64,000 nt of DNA from Takakia lepidozioides (Eukaryota; Plantae; Bryophyta). This document shows, in pieces, positions 1 to 12,145 of the stretch. The stretch is from positions 64,356,001 through 64,420,000 of the forward strand of contig CM060731.1 in NCBI GenBank assembly GCA_030704615.1, written 5' to 3'. A program made the translations under genes and the position numbers. Positions within the stretch are counted from its first letter, which is position 1; the number at the start of each line of letters is the position of its first letter. Under the pieces are notes generated by a model. It was given only the letters and a program-made list of their open reading frames with translations. It did no database searches and was not told the origin of the DNA.

Positions 1-572
1 CAGCTCCTTCACAATTATGCTGCTCCGTATGTATGATTGCCGAGTGGGTTCGCTCTTTGGTCATTTACAGTGCATTGAAGCAGCCGGCAAAGACGGCCCC
101 AACAATATAGTTGTAAATTAAAAATACCTTGGTTTCTTCCATTACTACATAGGAATGAAAATCAACCACAGTGAAAATAGTTGATACTATGGGGACCAAA
201 TTGAAGTGTGTTTAACCTTCCCTTCAATTCCGCAGGACCAAGCAGTTAACAGTGATGCAAGTGCATTTCAGGTCCTGTGCCTTATGTGTTGTTACTCATG
301 GTCTAATGCATTTGTTGTTATTAGGTTCTCCTGCATCATATATCAGCACTGAACAATTTTAGGTGTGTTTAGCCTTCCCTTCGTTGCCTCACGGTTGAAT
401 GTGATGCACCTTCACTCCAGGTTCAGTTTCCTGCATGTTCTTGCTTGTGTTCCAAGCATTTGGTTGTAATGTGACTGTCAGCAGAGGAAAATTACAAGGC
501 TGTATATTCCTAGTGAGGAGTTTGAAAAACCTTGGTGCACTAAAGTCTGAAGTATTGTTTCTATTACTGCAG

Positions 573-1338
573 TTTCGGAGCCGCAGAAGAATCGGAAGAA
601 TTAGACCAGTGGGTAGGCCCACCAGACAGACGGGTGGAAGGACGTGTACTATGGGAAGCCCCCATTAAGCTTCTATATGATATGCTCCATGAGAAAGGTT
701 TCATCGATAGGAAGAGGAAGCCTGCACCACTTGATCCCCTGATAGGCCAAGATGACCATCGGATTGTGGCTTGGTATCAGAGTGTAGGTGTTGGGATATT
801 AGAGTACTATCAATTCTGCGACAATATTAGCAAAGTGAGATCAATCGTCAATTACCAGCTGAGGTGGTCAGCAATATATACGCTAGCCAAGAAGCACAAA
901 TCCAGCTCCTCTCAGATCATCCAGAGATGCACCAAGAACTTGGTTATCATGAAGGATGGTGTAAGATCGGCATCATTCCTTAGTCCAATAGAAATAAGTG
1001 AGTTTAGGAGGTGCTTCTTATCTACTAATCCTGTCCCTCCAGAGTTGCTCATAGATATGCTCTATGCAAGGTTGATTCGAAGTAAGGCACTTGTAGAACA
1101 TTGTGCAGTTAAGGGGTGTGTAGAGACTAATGTAGAGATGCTCCATGTCCACCAACTAGAAAAAGCAGGGGGCAAGCACAAAGTGCGATCCAGTAGGGAG
1201 GTGAAGATATTAGAGGGCATCAAGGCTATCCGATCCACGCTCAATAGGAATCATATCCCTCTTTGCGCTCATCATCATGATGAACTAGATGAAGGTAAAA
1301 TTTATATGACTGATCTGGATTTGAATGCCCTTATATGA
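573..1338 (+). CDS. Terminal exon of a group II intron maturase-like gene (domain X plus degenerate HNH-like domain)
   Basis: APIKLLYDMLHEKGF...IVAWYQSVGVGILEYYQFCDN...YQLRWSAIYTLAKKHKSS fits maturase domain X. CAVKGC...EMLHVHQL...RNHIPLCAHHH fits an En/HNH remnant. The frame is open from just after the acceptor ttactgcag (ends 572). Confidence 0.8.
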
Positions 1339-2294
1339 AAGTGGCTGTAATGTCATGAAAGTGGCTGTAATGACTGTAATGTCGTGAAAGCAATCAGGAT
1401 TGACCCTGGATCTATGTCATCTTGTTGATCACCACCTTTCCTTTTGGAATCACCCTCCATAGACCTGATAAGTTCATTCTAGAAGAACAGTTCCACATTG
1501 CTCAGAGTTGGGCAGGAACAAGCACGGTCACTTACCCCTCCAAGTTTTTTGTCCTCTGTCGGTCTGAAGGTTGACCTTCTTTACTTCTAAGATTGCTCTG
1601 AGAAAGAACCAGCTGTATCTAAATCATAATGTGGAAAATGGAATTTGGAATTTGTTTCTGCAGAAACCTCTTGGAAAGATTGTTGGGTGAGGTTCAGCAC
1701 TTATCATGGACCTGTGTAGGAAGATACTATAAATACTCGCACATCCTGTAATAAGGCAGGCCCATCCTCCCACTGTGGTGTCCATGGGGAGACCCTGCAG
1801 AGTTCTCAAGGAAGTGTTCACCATGTGCAGTGCCTTCTGGGGTCCGCCATCCCCACCCTGTTATGCCTGATGGTCACTGATCTACAAGTAGGATGTCTAG
1901 ATCCATAGGGATCAACATATTCCTCCAGAAGCACTGCATTCACAGATCAAGCAAGTCTGCCCAAAAATTCCATGCTCAAAGCGACGTTGATGTATGCCTT
2001 CTGGATAATGAATCTTGTTAACTGGCTACACAAGTTGTCTTAAAATTACAAAAAATGTTGGACTTGCTAACACAATGGAGAATTAGAACACCAGGCATCT
2101 GTCAACCGTTTGCTGGTCAATAATCAGATGTGCATGGTGATCATCACGAGGGTAACTGTCGAATTCACTGATAAAAGCTGTTACATTCAACTGTAATCTT
2201 TGCTTCACAAAGATTCGTGCGATATGACCACTCTGCCTCATTTTTGAACTGACAATCTTACTTTCTTCTTTTCCTTTCTTGCTTGTTGCTTATT

Positions 2295-4523
2295 TCACCA
2301 GTAGTCCCCGCAAGAACAAAATCCCTCTTTGAAGTGGTGAAAGCAGTTGGCATCCCTCACAACAAACGATCGCCCAACAAGCTTAGAGATAAATTTTGTG
2401 GCTGTATGACAATCACCACACACTCGAAGGTTCTTGATGATATGGATAGGTGTCCCAGGGGGGGTGCTGATGAGCCCAAAACCAATGGCCAGCTTCTCAC
2501 TGTGGTGACAAAGAGATGATTCTTTTTGCTCCTCCTCTATATCATGCAGTACAAAGCCCATGTCTGGCACGTACCCGGCCTCCTTCATCAGCCCAGACAA
2601 TCTGTTCAGCTCAGCATGGACTTCCTCAATCTGAGGATGTCGTTTGTCTTCTACGACAAATGTATGCACCTGGTTGTCCACTTCTATGGAGCTGCACCCT
2701 GGCTCCTTTTGGACACCTCTGTCCTCCATCATTTTTCTCACTCTTTCTTTGTCCTCCCACCTGCCAGTTGCCGTATAGATGTTTGCTAGCAGCACATAAG
2801 CTGCAGCATGCTGCAGATCACACTTCACAAGGCTTTTTGCTGCACGTTCTGCTACCAACAAATTGCCATGAATTCTGCAGCCACCTAGCAAGGCCCTCCA
2901 CACCCTAGCATCTGGTTTGATGGGCATTTTGTCAATGAAGTCTTCTGCCTCATCCACTAGCCCTGCCCGTCCAAGAAGGTCCACCATGCAGCAAAAATGT
3001 TCCAATGTAGGAGCGATACCATGATCTCGACTCATTGAATCGAAGTAGTGATGGCCCTCATCCACTAGGCCCACTCGGCTACATGCAGAGAGAACTGATA
3101 GAAAGGTGATAGCATTTGGCTTCATGCCTTCCTCCTGCATATGTACAAATAGTTCCAGAGCCTCCCTGCCACACCCATTCTGGGCACATCCTGCGATCAT
3201 TGCACTCCATGAGACTGCAGTTCGTTGTGCCATGTTCTCAAAAACTTGACGCGCATCCAAAATACTCCCACATTTGGCATACATGTCAGCAAGGGCAGTC
3301 TCCAGAATGATATGGGGTGCAATTCCTCTTTTGATGATTTCGGCATGGACCTCTTTGCCCTTTGCAAGGCCTCCTAGGCTGGCACATGCATTGAGGAGGC
3401 AAATGAACGTGACCCTAGTGGGGGTCACCCCTTCCCTTTGCAGTTGCTCGTAGAGTTTGAAAGCCTCCTTACCAAACCCATGCTGAGCACATCCTGAGAT
3501 CATGGTGTTCCATGCGACCACATCTCGTTGAGACATGTTGTCAAACACTAGACGTGCATCCTTCATGCTCCCACATTTGGCATACATGTCTACAAGGGCA
3601 GTCTCCAAATTAACATATGATGCAATTCCCGCTTTGATGATGTCAACATGGACCTGCTTGCCTACTTCCAGGGCTCCTATGCTGGCACAGGCATTAAGAA
3701 TACAAGTAAACGTCACCCTGTCAGGCATCACCCCTTCTTCTTGCATTCGCTCATAGATCGCAACCGCGTCCTCACCACACCCATGCTGAGCATATCCTGC
3801 GATCATGACATTCCATGAGACCCTGTCTCGTTCAGCCATATTGTCTAAAACTTGACACGCATCTTTCATGCTCCCACACTTGGCATACATATCAATAAGG
3901 GTATTCTCCAGAATGACATCTGACAAGATTCCAGCTTTGATGAGGTCAGCATGGACCTCCTTGCCCTTTTCCAGGGCTCCTAGGGCGGCACATGCATTGA
4001 GCACAGAAGTGAAGGTGACCCTGTCAGGCATCACCCCTTGCAGGTGCATTTGCTCATAGAGCTTCAAAGCCTCTCTAGCATACCTATGCTTGGCATATCC
4101 AGCTATCATAATATTCCACGTAAATATATCACGCTGAGGTATATTGTCAAAAACTTGACGTGCATCCACCGTGTGCCCACATTTGGCATACATGTTGACA
4201 AGGGTGTTGAGTAGAAATATGTTTGGCTCTAATCCACTTTGGATCATGTGGGTGTGCACCTGCTTTCCTTCAGCTGGATCCTTCATTTTGATGCACTCCT
4301 GCAAGAGACACATGTAAGTACTGGAGTCTGCCTGAATGCCTTGTTGGTTCAAAATGTGCAACGTCTCTCTAATTCGGCCTCCTCTGCAGAGTGTCCTCAC
4401 GTCCCCATAAGGGCCAGAAGAGTTGAAGAACTCTCTTGGACCTCTTTCAGAAGAAATGGTCATGGTGGAGGTGCTACCCTTGCCACCAGTATGATGTGCA
4501 CCCAACAGCTGTGCCTGAATCAA
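2295..4523 (-). CDS. PLS-class PPR protein with intact E and DYW deaminase domains (organellar C-to-U editing factor)
   Basis: P-L-S repeats, PG box PGCSSIEV, HSEKLA, CGDCH, C-terminal CSCGDYW; intronless. Start codon uncertain (the ORF begins at TTG; first ATG near 4463). Confidence 0.95.
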   Translation of the reverse strand: MIQAQLLGAHHTGGKGSTSTMTISSERGPREFFNSSGPYGDVRTLCRGGRIRETLHILNQQGIQADSSTYMCLLQECIKMKDPAEGKQVHTHMIQSGLEPNIFLLNTLVNMYAKCGHTVDARQVFDNIPQRDIFTWNIMIAGYAKHRYAREALKLYEQMHLQGVMPDRVTFTSVLNACAALGALEKGKEVHADLIKAGILSDVILENTLIDMYAKCGSMKDACQVLDNMAERDRVSWNVMIAGYAQHGCGEDAVAIYERMQEEGVMPDRVTFTCILNACASIGALEVGKQVHVDIIKAGIASYVNLETALVDMYAKCGSMKDARLVFDNMSQRDVVAWNTMISGCAQHGFGKEAFKLYEQLQREGVTPTRVTFICLLNACASLGGLAKGKEVHAEIIKRGIAPHIILETALADMYAKCGSILDARQVFENMAQRTAVSWSAMIAGCAQNGCGREALELFVHMQEEGMKPNAITFLSVLSACSRVGLVDEGHHYFDSMSRDHGIAPTLEHFCCMVDLLGRAGLVDEAEDFIDKMPIKPDARVWRALLGGCRIHGNLLVAERAAKSLVKCDLQHAAAYVLLANIYTATGRWEDKERVRKMMEDRGVQKEPGCSSIEVDNQVHTFVVEDKRHPQIEEVHAELNRLSGLMKEAGYVPDMGFVLHDIEEEQKESSLCHHSEKLAIGFGLISTPPGTPIHIIKNLRVCGDCHTATKFISKLVGRSFVVRDANCFHHFKEGFCSCGDYW

Positions 4524-7500
4524 CCCTGCAATCCTGCGTCACTCATAACTCTCAGTTACAAACCTTTACACCTCACATAATATACCTTAAAGCTCCTATA
4601 TACTTCAAAAAGCATATGATTCATGAGGAGAGGCATCTTACAACAAATTCACAGACTGAGAAACTAAGGCAGCCATCTAATTTGAGTTTATCCTGTACAA
4701 TTCCATGTCTTTGATAGCATGTTTACATGAGAGATTGAGAGGCTGGAGTTTACTAAAAAAGAGAAAGACGCCACAAGGAGTAACCAGACTACCACCAAGG
4801 GTCCAATTTAAGGAGTACACTCATTTCAGCAGTTGAGTTGTGAGCCGATATTTAGTGAATGTCCACTTAAGACCTCTACAAGAGGTGGCCAGAACCCGGA
4901 CCCATGATCGACTTTCATGGAGGCCAACTCTAGTGTAAACTCAAATGAGGGTTGACTACAGAGTTGACCAGACTCCAGTGAATTCTGGAGTGAATTGATA
5001 CACATGCTAGTAGTTGGCACCCATCCATCATCATCACAACATGCCTATTCGATTCTTGGCCTGGAGCTCCATGGTGGATATGACATTAGAACCATTACCA
5101 GGTTGTGCTCGCCCTTGTGTCGTGGCTACTAGCTCTGCTTTCAGCCAAGGAGCCTTCAACCCACTCTGGGTACAAAGGACTTCATTTGTGTGCTGACGTC
5201 TACAGTCTTGCAAGCTTGGACTTTTCTGAAAACCACCGGTGAACAGCACAGCTTCAACCACAGCTGACATTGACATGCTACAACGACCAAAGCTCCAAGC
5301 ATCTTTCAGATAAGAAGGGAAAACCTTGATAAACCTACTTATATGCACTGCTAACACAGATAAATAACTTTCATTGTTTTTTATGAGGGAAAGCACACTC
5401 GCCATTAGCTGAAGCCAGGAGATACATCCAATCCAGAAACCATTACCAGTCAGCTTCAGCCACATGCTCTCTTGACAAAACTCTACATTTCCTAATGGAA
5501 GATACCCTCACCTTCTCAAACCTGTTGCCTCTCCACTGTGAAGGATCTGTGAAGAACTCCTGCCATAGCTGCTCTTTGCTCATATCTTGGCCTGCATAAA
5601 CCACAAAAACATTCCTGGCACGATGTCATATCACCCTTACATCGGTAATCAAACCCCTGTAACCAGATTGTTGTTGGCTGTCCGCAAGAGATATGTCCTT
5701 TTCCAGCTCAGTTCCATGCACTAGGGGCTCAGGGTCCACCATAGCCAACTTTCGCGAGAAATGATCCATGCTTACACCTCCCTCTCCCCTTTATCCATCT
5801 GTCAGTGTGATCGTCAATTGTTGCTCTGCACTGCTCCAGAGGGACCATAGCAATGTGTGTCACATCTGTCGTCACTAGCCACTTCATATTAAGGAGACCT
5901 CAAAATGCCTGCCCCTCTTGCAAATTGGAGGGAGATTTCCTTAGGCTATGTGCAAGCCCTGCCTTAACTGTTATCCCCAAAAATACCCTGGAGAGTATTC
6001 ACCGAAAAACAGGCTATTCCAAAGGAGTTACGACAGCAATCACGAAATATAAAAAAAATGCATATACTCTTTGTCTCTGTCGCTCTCTGATGCATGAATG
6101 GAGAACGGAATTAACGAATTCTCAGATCAGCTCGAAGGAGCTCCCAGAGCGACCTTCGTCGACCAAGATGGAGGCAGTTTGTATGGGAGCGGTGAAGGAC
6201 AATATGGAGCGTGGATGGATGCATGCAGCTTACGACCCCGAAAAGCACCCACAGATTTACGAGTCGGTACCTTTCTTCGGTTTCGCTGGAGGCTGGCGAT
6301 ACGTCATAGCTATCAGCCGCATAGGATTGGCGCCCGACACTGCAAATGTGGATGACCACTTCAGCTCCACTACATTGCCTGTTAATCTGCTGCAAAAATT
6401 GAGGCTTCCCGCGAGCTCACCACAAGGAGAAGACAGGCCCCTGTATATGGCCTCCCCCTGCGCGCTCAGGATAGCGGAGGTACACGTTGCCATCCCTGCG
6501 CTTCTGAAGTGAGCAACAAAACAAAGCCAAGCAAGCAATGGGTCATGTGTTGCACGGCATCATAGTAAGGAGTTGTATACTACGTCTGGAGAAGTCGCAA
6601 ATGAGGTGCTAGAAGGCATGTCCAGATAAGCATCAGTGGAATTCAAGCATTGGGCAGACTCTGAGAGTGCCTTGCCAGATTGTTACCGCACAAGGGAGAG
6701 ACAATCTTGTTGGTGCACCAGAGCTTTTCATTCAGTGTGCTACATGGGTGGTTCTGCAAGTGACCGCAAGCCGTTATTGGGTTCCCAGTCGAAGCACAGC
6801 ACAGTACAGAAGGAGTAAGCAAAAGGGAAAAAGAGTGCCTTTCCGGGGCCTTTTCTCCAGGTAGGAGAGCCTATTGCCGCGGTCAGGTTCTCGGTACTAA
6901 TACACGAGTAGCTTATGATGCTTTGTGGTTTGTGGCGAAGAATTAACTGGACATCAAGTGGCGGGATTTGTGAGATTGTAAAAGTTCTGCAGTGGCTTCG
7001 AACAAAGAAGGTGCTTGTTTGACTGGAGATTGAACTAGCAGGGCTCTCACGTCCCTTGCGTCCACCTGGATGTGATTGCACTCATGGCATTTGCAGGGAA
7101 GCCACACCTCCTTCTACAACTTGAGGCAAGCTCCTTCATACATTTGACCTCTCTTTCCCTCTTTCTCACTCCTGTCGTAGCAAGTGGCAAATGACCATAT
7201 TGACGAAGCATATCTTGATTCCAACACTTCTGGCACAATTTCTGCCCCATATGCTGCACAAACCTGCCATAGCCAATTTGGATTCCCATTTCAGCTCCAC
7301 AGCTTGTCAATCTGCTTCAGACTGTAGGGCTTCCCACGACTAAGTTGGACTTGCTTATTGCGTCTCCCCGCTGCCATCCCTCCTCCAGGGAAGACACCGG
7401 TACTTGAGAAGTCCGAAATACAGGAAGGTTGTTGTTGAAACAACGTTGCATATATGTCTCTCAGCTGGGTTTGTCCGCTGCTTTGTGGTTTTAACTCCAC

Positions 7501-7859
7501 TTGGCAAATGAGTTGTCACTGGCATCTGAGAGAGGGGAGTTGCAGTCTAAGATTCTCAGAGGGGTATCCAGTAGGGTTAATGGGCCATCTTTGTGATAGC
7601 AAAGCATCACACTCGAGAGGAAATCTTTGTCTTTGCACCTCATTTGTGCTCTGGTGACTGTTGAATTGCAGCAAATTGGATCAATGAGACTGGATTGTGC
7701 CCCTCAGATCTCCACACTTCCCAGTCTTCCCTGTTTTTTCTGTGAGATTTGTGGGTTTGATTGCAGCGACTAACAAGTCACCGAAATCTTATGGTCAGAA
7801 ATACATTACCATAAAACTCTGGCTACCAAGAGAATTGAGGGGACACAGTTGTTTGGGGT

Positions 7860-10800
7860 GTGGGGTTAATGTCAAGTATAGTAGTGACACATAATCACGC
7901 AACTATTGCCGAGTTTATCCATCTATCAGTCTGTGCCTGTCAAAATCCCGCGACCTCAAGCCATGACGTGTTGGTGGAGAAGGGGACAAACAACCCTGGT
8001 GAGTCAACTAAAATTACTGAGATGAATCAACTTGTACCTCTCTACCCAGACCACTCACGGCAGGAGATACTGTGCTTAAGACACTGTTTTTTATCATGCA
8101 GTATGGAAGAGTTGCACGTCTGGAATCACTCCATGTCATGTGTTGGACATCAAAGTGGGACCAACGGTATGAGTGGCATGCCAATGACTGGTTTTCATGG
8201 AGGGCAAAGACAAAGACGGGAAGGGAAGATTAGCATCAAGGACACTTATGGGAGTAGTGGGGATGTGAGCACCTTCTGCAAGGATGGACGATTAGAGGAG
8301 CTAGTGACAATTTTGGATGGTATGGAGCAACGAGGCTTTCAAACATACTCCGAGACTTGTGCTCGTCTTTTGCAGGGGTGTGCCAATACGAGAGCCTTGG
8401 CAGTTGGCAAGAGGGTCCATGCCCACATTGTCAAAAGTGGATTTGAGCCAGACATCTTCCTAGGAAATACGCTTGTCAGCATGTATGTCAAATGCAGGGA
8501 TGTAGTAGATGCGCGCAAAGCTTTCAATAAAATGCCCCAACGGAATGTGATCTCATGGAATGCAATGATTGCAGGTTTAGCTCAGCAAGGACATGGCCAA
8601 GAGGCATTCAAACTCTTGGAGCAAATGCAACAAGAAGGGGTGAAGCCAAACAAGATCACCTTCATGAGCATCCTCAATGCATGTGCAGGCTCAGCATCTC
8701 TAGAACAGGGCAAGTGGCTCCATGAGTGCATCATCAAAGCTCAACATGAGTCAGATGTCCGAGTGGGGACTGCCCTTGTCAGCATGTATTGGAGGTGTGG
8801 GAGTCTGGTGGATGCGTGCAGGGTGTTTTTCAAGATGCCCGCACACGATATGATATCATGGAATGCAATGATCACAGGATCTGTTCAAAGCGGTTATGGT
8901 GGGAAAGCTTTCGAACTCTTTCAGCAAATGCAAAAAGAAGACATCAAGCCAGACAAGGTCACTTACATTAGCATCCTCAATACATGTTCCAACCCCAAAA
9001 CTTTGGAACAGGGCAAGCAAATCCATATGGACATCATCAAAGCTGGATTTGAGCCTGATGTCTGTGTGGGGAACGCCCTTTTGAGCATGTATTGCAAGAA
9101 TGGAAGCGTAGCAGATGCCCGCCAAGTGTTTGACAAAATGCCTCAGCGAGATGTTATTTCATGGACTGCAATGATTACTGGAGCCGCTCAGTATGGTAAC
9201 AGTCAAGATGCTTTCGAACTATTTTGGCAAATGCAAAGAGAAGGCATCAAGCCAGACAAGGTCACTTTCATTAGCATCCTCACTGCTTGTGCCAGTCCAA
9301 CAGCTCTTGAACAGGGCAAGCAGCTCCATGAAGGCATTATCAGGGCTGGATTTGAAGCAGATGTACACATAGGAAATGCCCTTGTCAACATGTATTGCAA
9401 ATGTGGGAGTGTTGTGGATGCTCACCAACTTTTTGAAAAAATGCCCGAGCGAGATGTGATCTCATGGAATGTCATGATTGCGGGATTAGTTCAGCAAGAC
9501 CTTAATGCAGATGCCATTGAACTCTTTCAGCACATGCAACAGGAAGGTGTGCAGCCGAACAAGGTGACTTTCATCAGCATCCTCAATGCGTGTGCCAGCT
9601 CAGCAGCTCTGGAACAGGGCAGGTGGGTTCATGCGAGCATTTTCGAAGCTGGATTTGAGTCAGATGTCAGTGTGGGGAATTCTCTCATCAGTATGTACTC
9701 CAAGTGCGGGAGTATCGTGGATGCGCACCAATTTTTCAATAAAATGCTTCAACGAGATGTGGTATCATGGACTGCACTCATCACAGGTTTAGCTCAGCAT
9801 GGATATGCTGAAGATGCATTTGCACTCTTTCAGCAGATGCAACAGGAAGGCGTGAAGCCAAACGAGGTCACTTTCATTAGCATCCTCAATGCATGTGCCA
9901 TACCAGCAGCTCTGGAACAAGGCAAGCAGCTCCATATGAGCATCATTGGAGCCGGATTTCAGTCAGATGTTCAAGTTGGAAGTGCTCTTGTCAGCATGTA
10001 CTGTAAGTGTGGAAGCGTCATGGATGCATTCCAAGTCTTTAATACAATGCCTCAGCGAGATGTGATCTCATGGAATGCAATGCTTGCAGGGTTTGTCCAG
10101 CATGGTCATGACGTGGAGGCTTTTGAACTGTACTGGAAAATGCAGAGAGAAGGCATGAAGGCAGACAAGGTCACTTTCATCAGTATCCTCAACACATGTG
10201 CCAGCCCAGATGCTCTGGAACAGGGCAAATGTCTCCATGCATGCATCATTAAAGATGGATTCGAATCAGATGTTCGTGTGGGGAATGCCCTTGTGAACAT
10301 GTATTGCAAGTGCGGGAGTGTGATGGATGCGTCTCGAATGTTTGACAAAATGCCTGAAAGAAATGTGGTAACTTTCATTAGCATCCTGAATGCTTGTGCC
10401 ATCCCAGCAGCTCTGGAACAAGGGAAGCGATTCCATGCGGACATCATTAAATCTGGATTTGAGTCAGATGTCCGTGTGGGGAACGCCCTTATCAGCATGT
10501 ATTGCAAGTGTGGGAGTGTGATAGATGCCCACGAAGTGTTTGACAGAATGCCTCAGCGTGATGTGATCTCGTGGACGACGATGGTTGTGGGACTTGCCCA
10601 GGAAGCAGAAGGTGCCAAGGCTTTTGAACTGTTTCGGCTTATGCGAGGAGAAGACCTGAAACTTGACAAGATTACTTGTCTTAGCATCATCAATGCAATC
10701 ACCAGCCTTGGATCCCTGGAAGAGGGCAAGTGGCTCCATGCCCATGTCATGAAATGTGGATTTGAGTCAGATGTTTGTGTGTGTACTGCCCTTGTTGATA

Positions 10801-11699
10801 TGTATGCCAAGTGCGGCAGTATTGGGGAAGCACGGCAAGTGTTTGACAGTATCCTGGAACGAGATGTTGTCTCATGGAATGGGATGATTATAGGATATGC
10901 GCAGCATGGGCGAGGCAAGGAGGCCCTCCAGCTCTTTGAACAAATGCAGGGGGAAGGAGCGAAGCCGGACCATGTCACATTTACTGGTGTTCTTTATGCA
11001 TGCAGCCATGTGGGCCTACTGGATGAAGGCTATCATTACTTCCTTTTGATGAGTCAAGATCACAGCATTACACCAACAGCAATGCATTATGGCTGCATGG
11101 TTGACCTTCTTGGTCGTGTAGGGCACTTGACGCAGGCAGAGGATTTAATCAAGAAAATGCCATTTGAACCAGGAGCTATAGTGTGGGGCGCATTACTTGG
11201 CGCCTGCAGAATTCACGGCGCTGTGGAAGTAGCAGAACGTGCTGCAGAATGTGCTGTGTAGATGGAACAACAAAATGCTGGAGTGTATGCGCTGCTCTCA
11301 AATATACTGCTCTGGCTGGCCGGTGGGAAGATTTAGCAAGGGTGAGAAAAAGCAATGTAGGACAGAGGAGCCAGGATGCAGCTGGATTGAGTCAACAATA
11401 TGTTACATATGTTTGTTGTAGAGGATAGATCACACTCACAAATAGAGGAGATCTATGCAGAATGTGCAACGTTGACTAGGGAGCTGAAAGAGGTGGGATT
11501 TACATCGCAGCCACTCAATTTGTCTTGCATGGTGTGGATCAGCAGACAAAGGAGCAGAGCATCATAGCGAAAAAGCTGGCCATTGCTTTTGGGCTCATCA
11601 GTACACCTCCAAGATTGTGGGACATAATATTGTTGCAATGGATGCAAGCCGCTTTCGTCACTTCAAGAATGGAGTGTGTTCTTGTGGTGATATTGGTAA
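7860..11699 (+). pseudogene. Long PLS-class PPR gene, open to TAG at 11259-11261, followed by a frameshifted and deleted E/DYW remnant
   Basis: About 9 P-L-S triplets with a 303-bp period. After the stop, broken pieces read PGCSWIE, FVVEDRSHSQIEEIY, KLAIAFGLISTPP and FRHFKNGVCSCGD; the CxxCH segment is absent. Confidence 0.88.
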
Positions 11700-11968
11700 T
11701 CGCTTCTTAGCACTGCATGCAGGTGAGGTGTGGGGGTTGCTCATATGGTGCTTGATCGATGATGGAAATAATATTGCTCTTGAGGGCATTGTCTCTGCAG
11801 GACACTAATCCTTCCAGACCCAGTAGTGAAGGTTGAGCCCAGTAGAGCCTTACATGCAACACCAACTTGCCATGGCATTCAGCCAGCTGACCCCAATCGG
11901 GTTACAGATAACAGTGCATTGTTGATGTACCCACTTGTACTAAAGTATATTTGGGTATTTTTGTGCAG

Positions 11969-12145
11969 CCACCTGGACAAGAATCCTGATCCTCAATCGA
12001 GGAAACTCGTTACGGAAATAGCAACTGCTTATGAGGTGCCTTCCTTCGCATCCCTTCCATTATGTTGTGTAGGATGTGTTTGCAGATATTGAGGGACGAT
12101 GCAATACGAGATCAATATTATCATGCCATTGCTCATCCTGACCAG
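11969..12145 (+). pseudogene. Two-exon fragment of a DnaJ (DNAJC25-like) gene
   Basis: Exons 11969-12035 (HLDKNPDPQSRKLVTEIATAYE) and 12086-12145 (ILRDDAIRDQYYHAIAHPDQ) with AG/GT borders. Matches J-domain helices III-IV, with HPD changed to HLD. Confidence 0.75.

Noticed and set aside
1335-1390. ATGAAAGTGGCTGTAATG short tandem repeat at the maturase stop
   Set aside because: Simple local duplication with no evidence of function.
5034-5465. 143-aa minus-strand ORF
   Set aside because: No recognisable motif or splice structure.
2283-11000. Many short ORFs antisense to or overlapping the PPR genes
   Set aside because: Shadow frames of repetitive coding sequence with no independent motifs.
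11259-11261. TAG rescued by U-to-C editing or readthrough to give a full DYW protein
   Set aside because: This is a nuclear gene, and downstream frameshifts and deletions prevent restoration.
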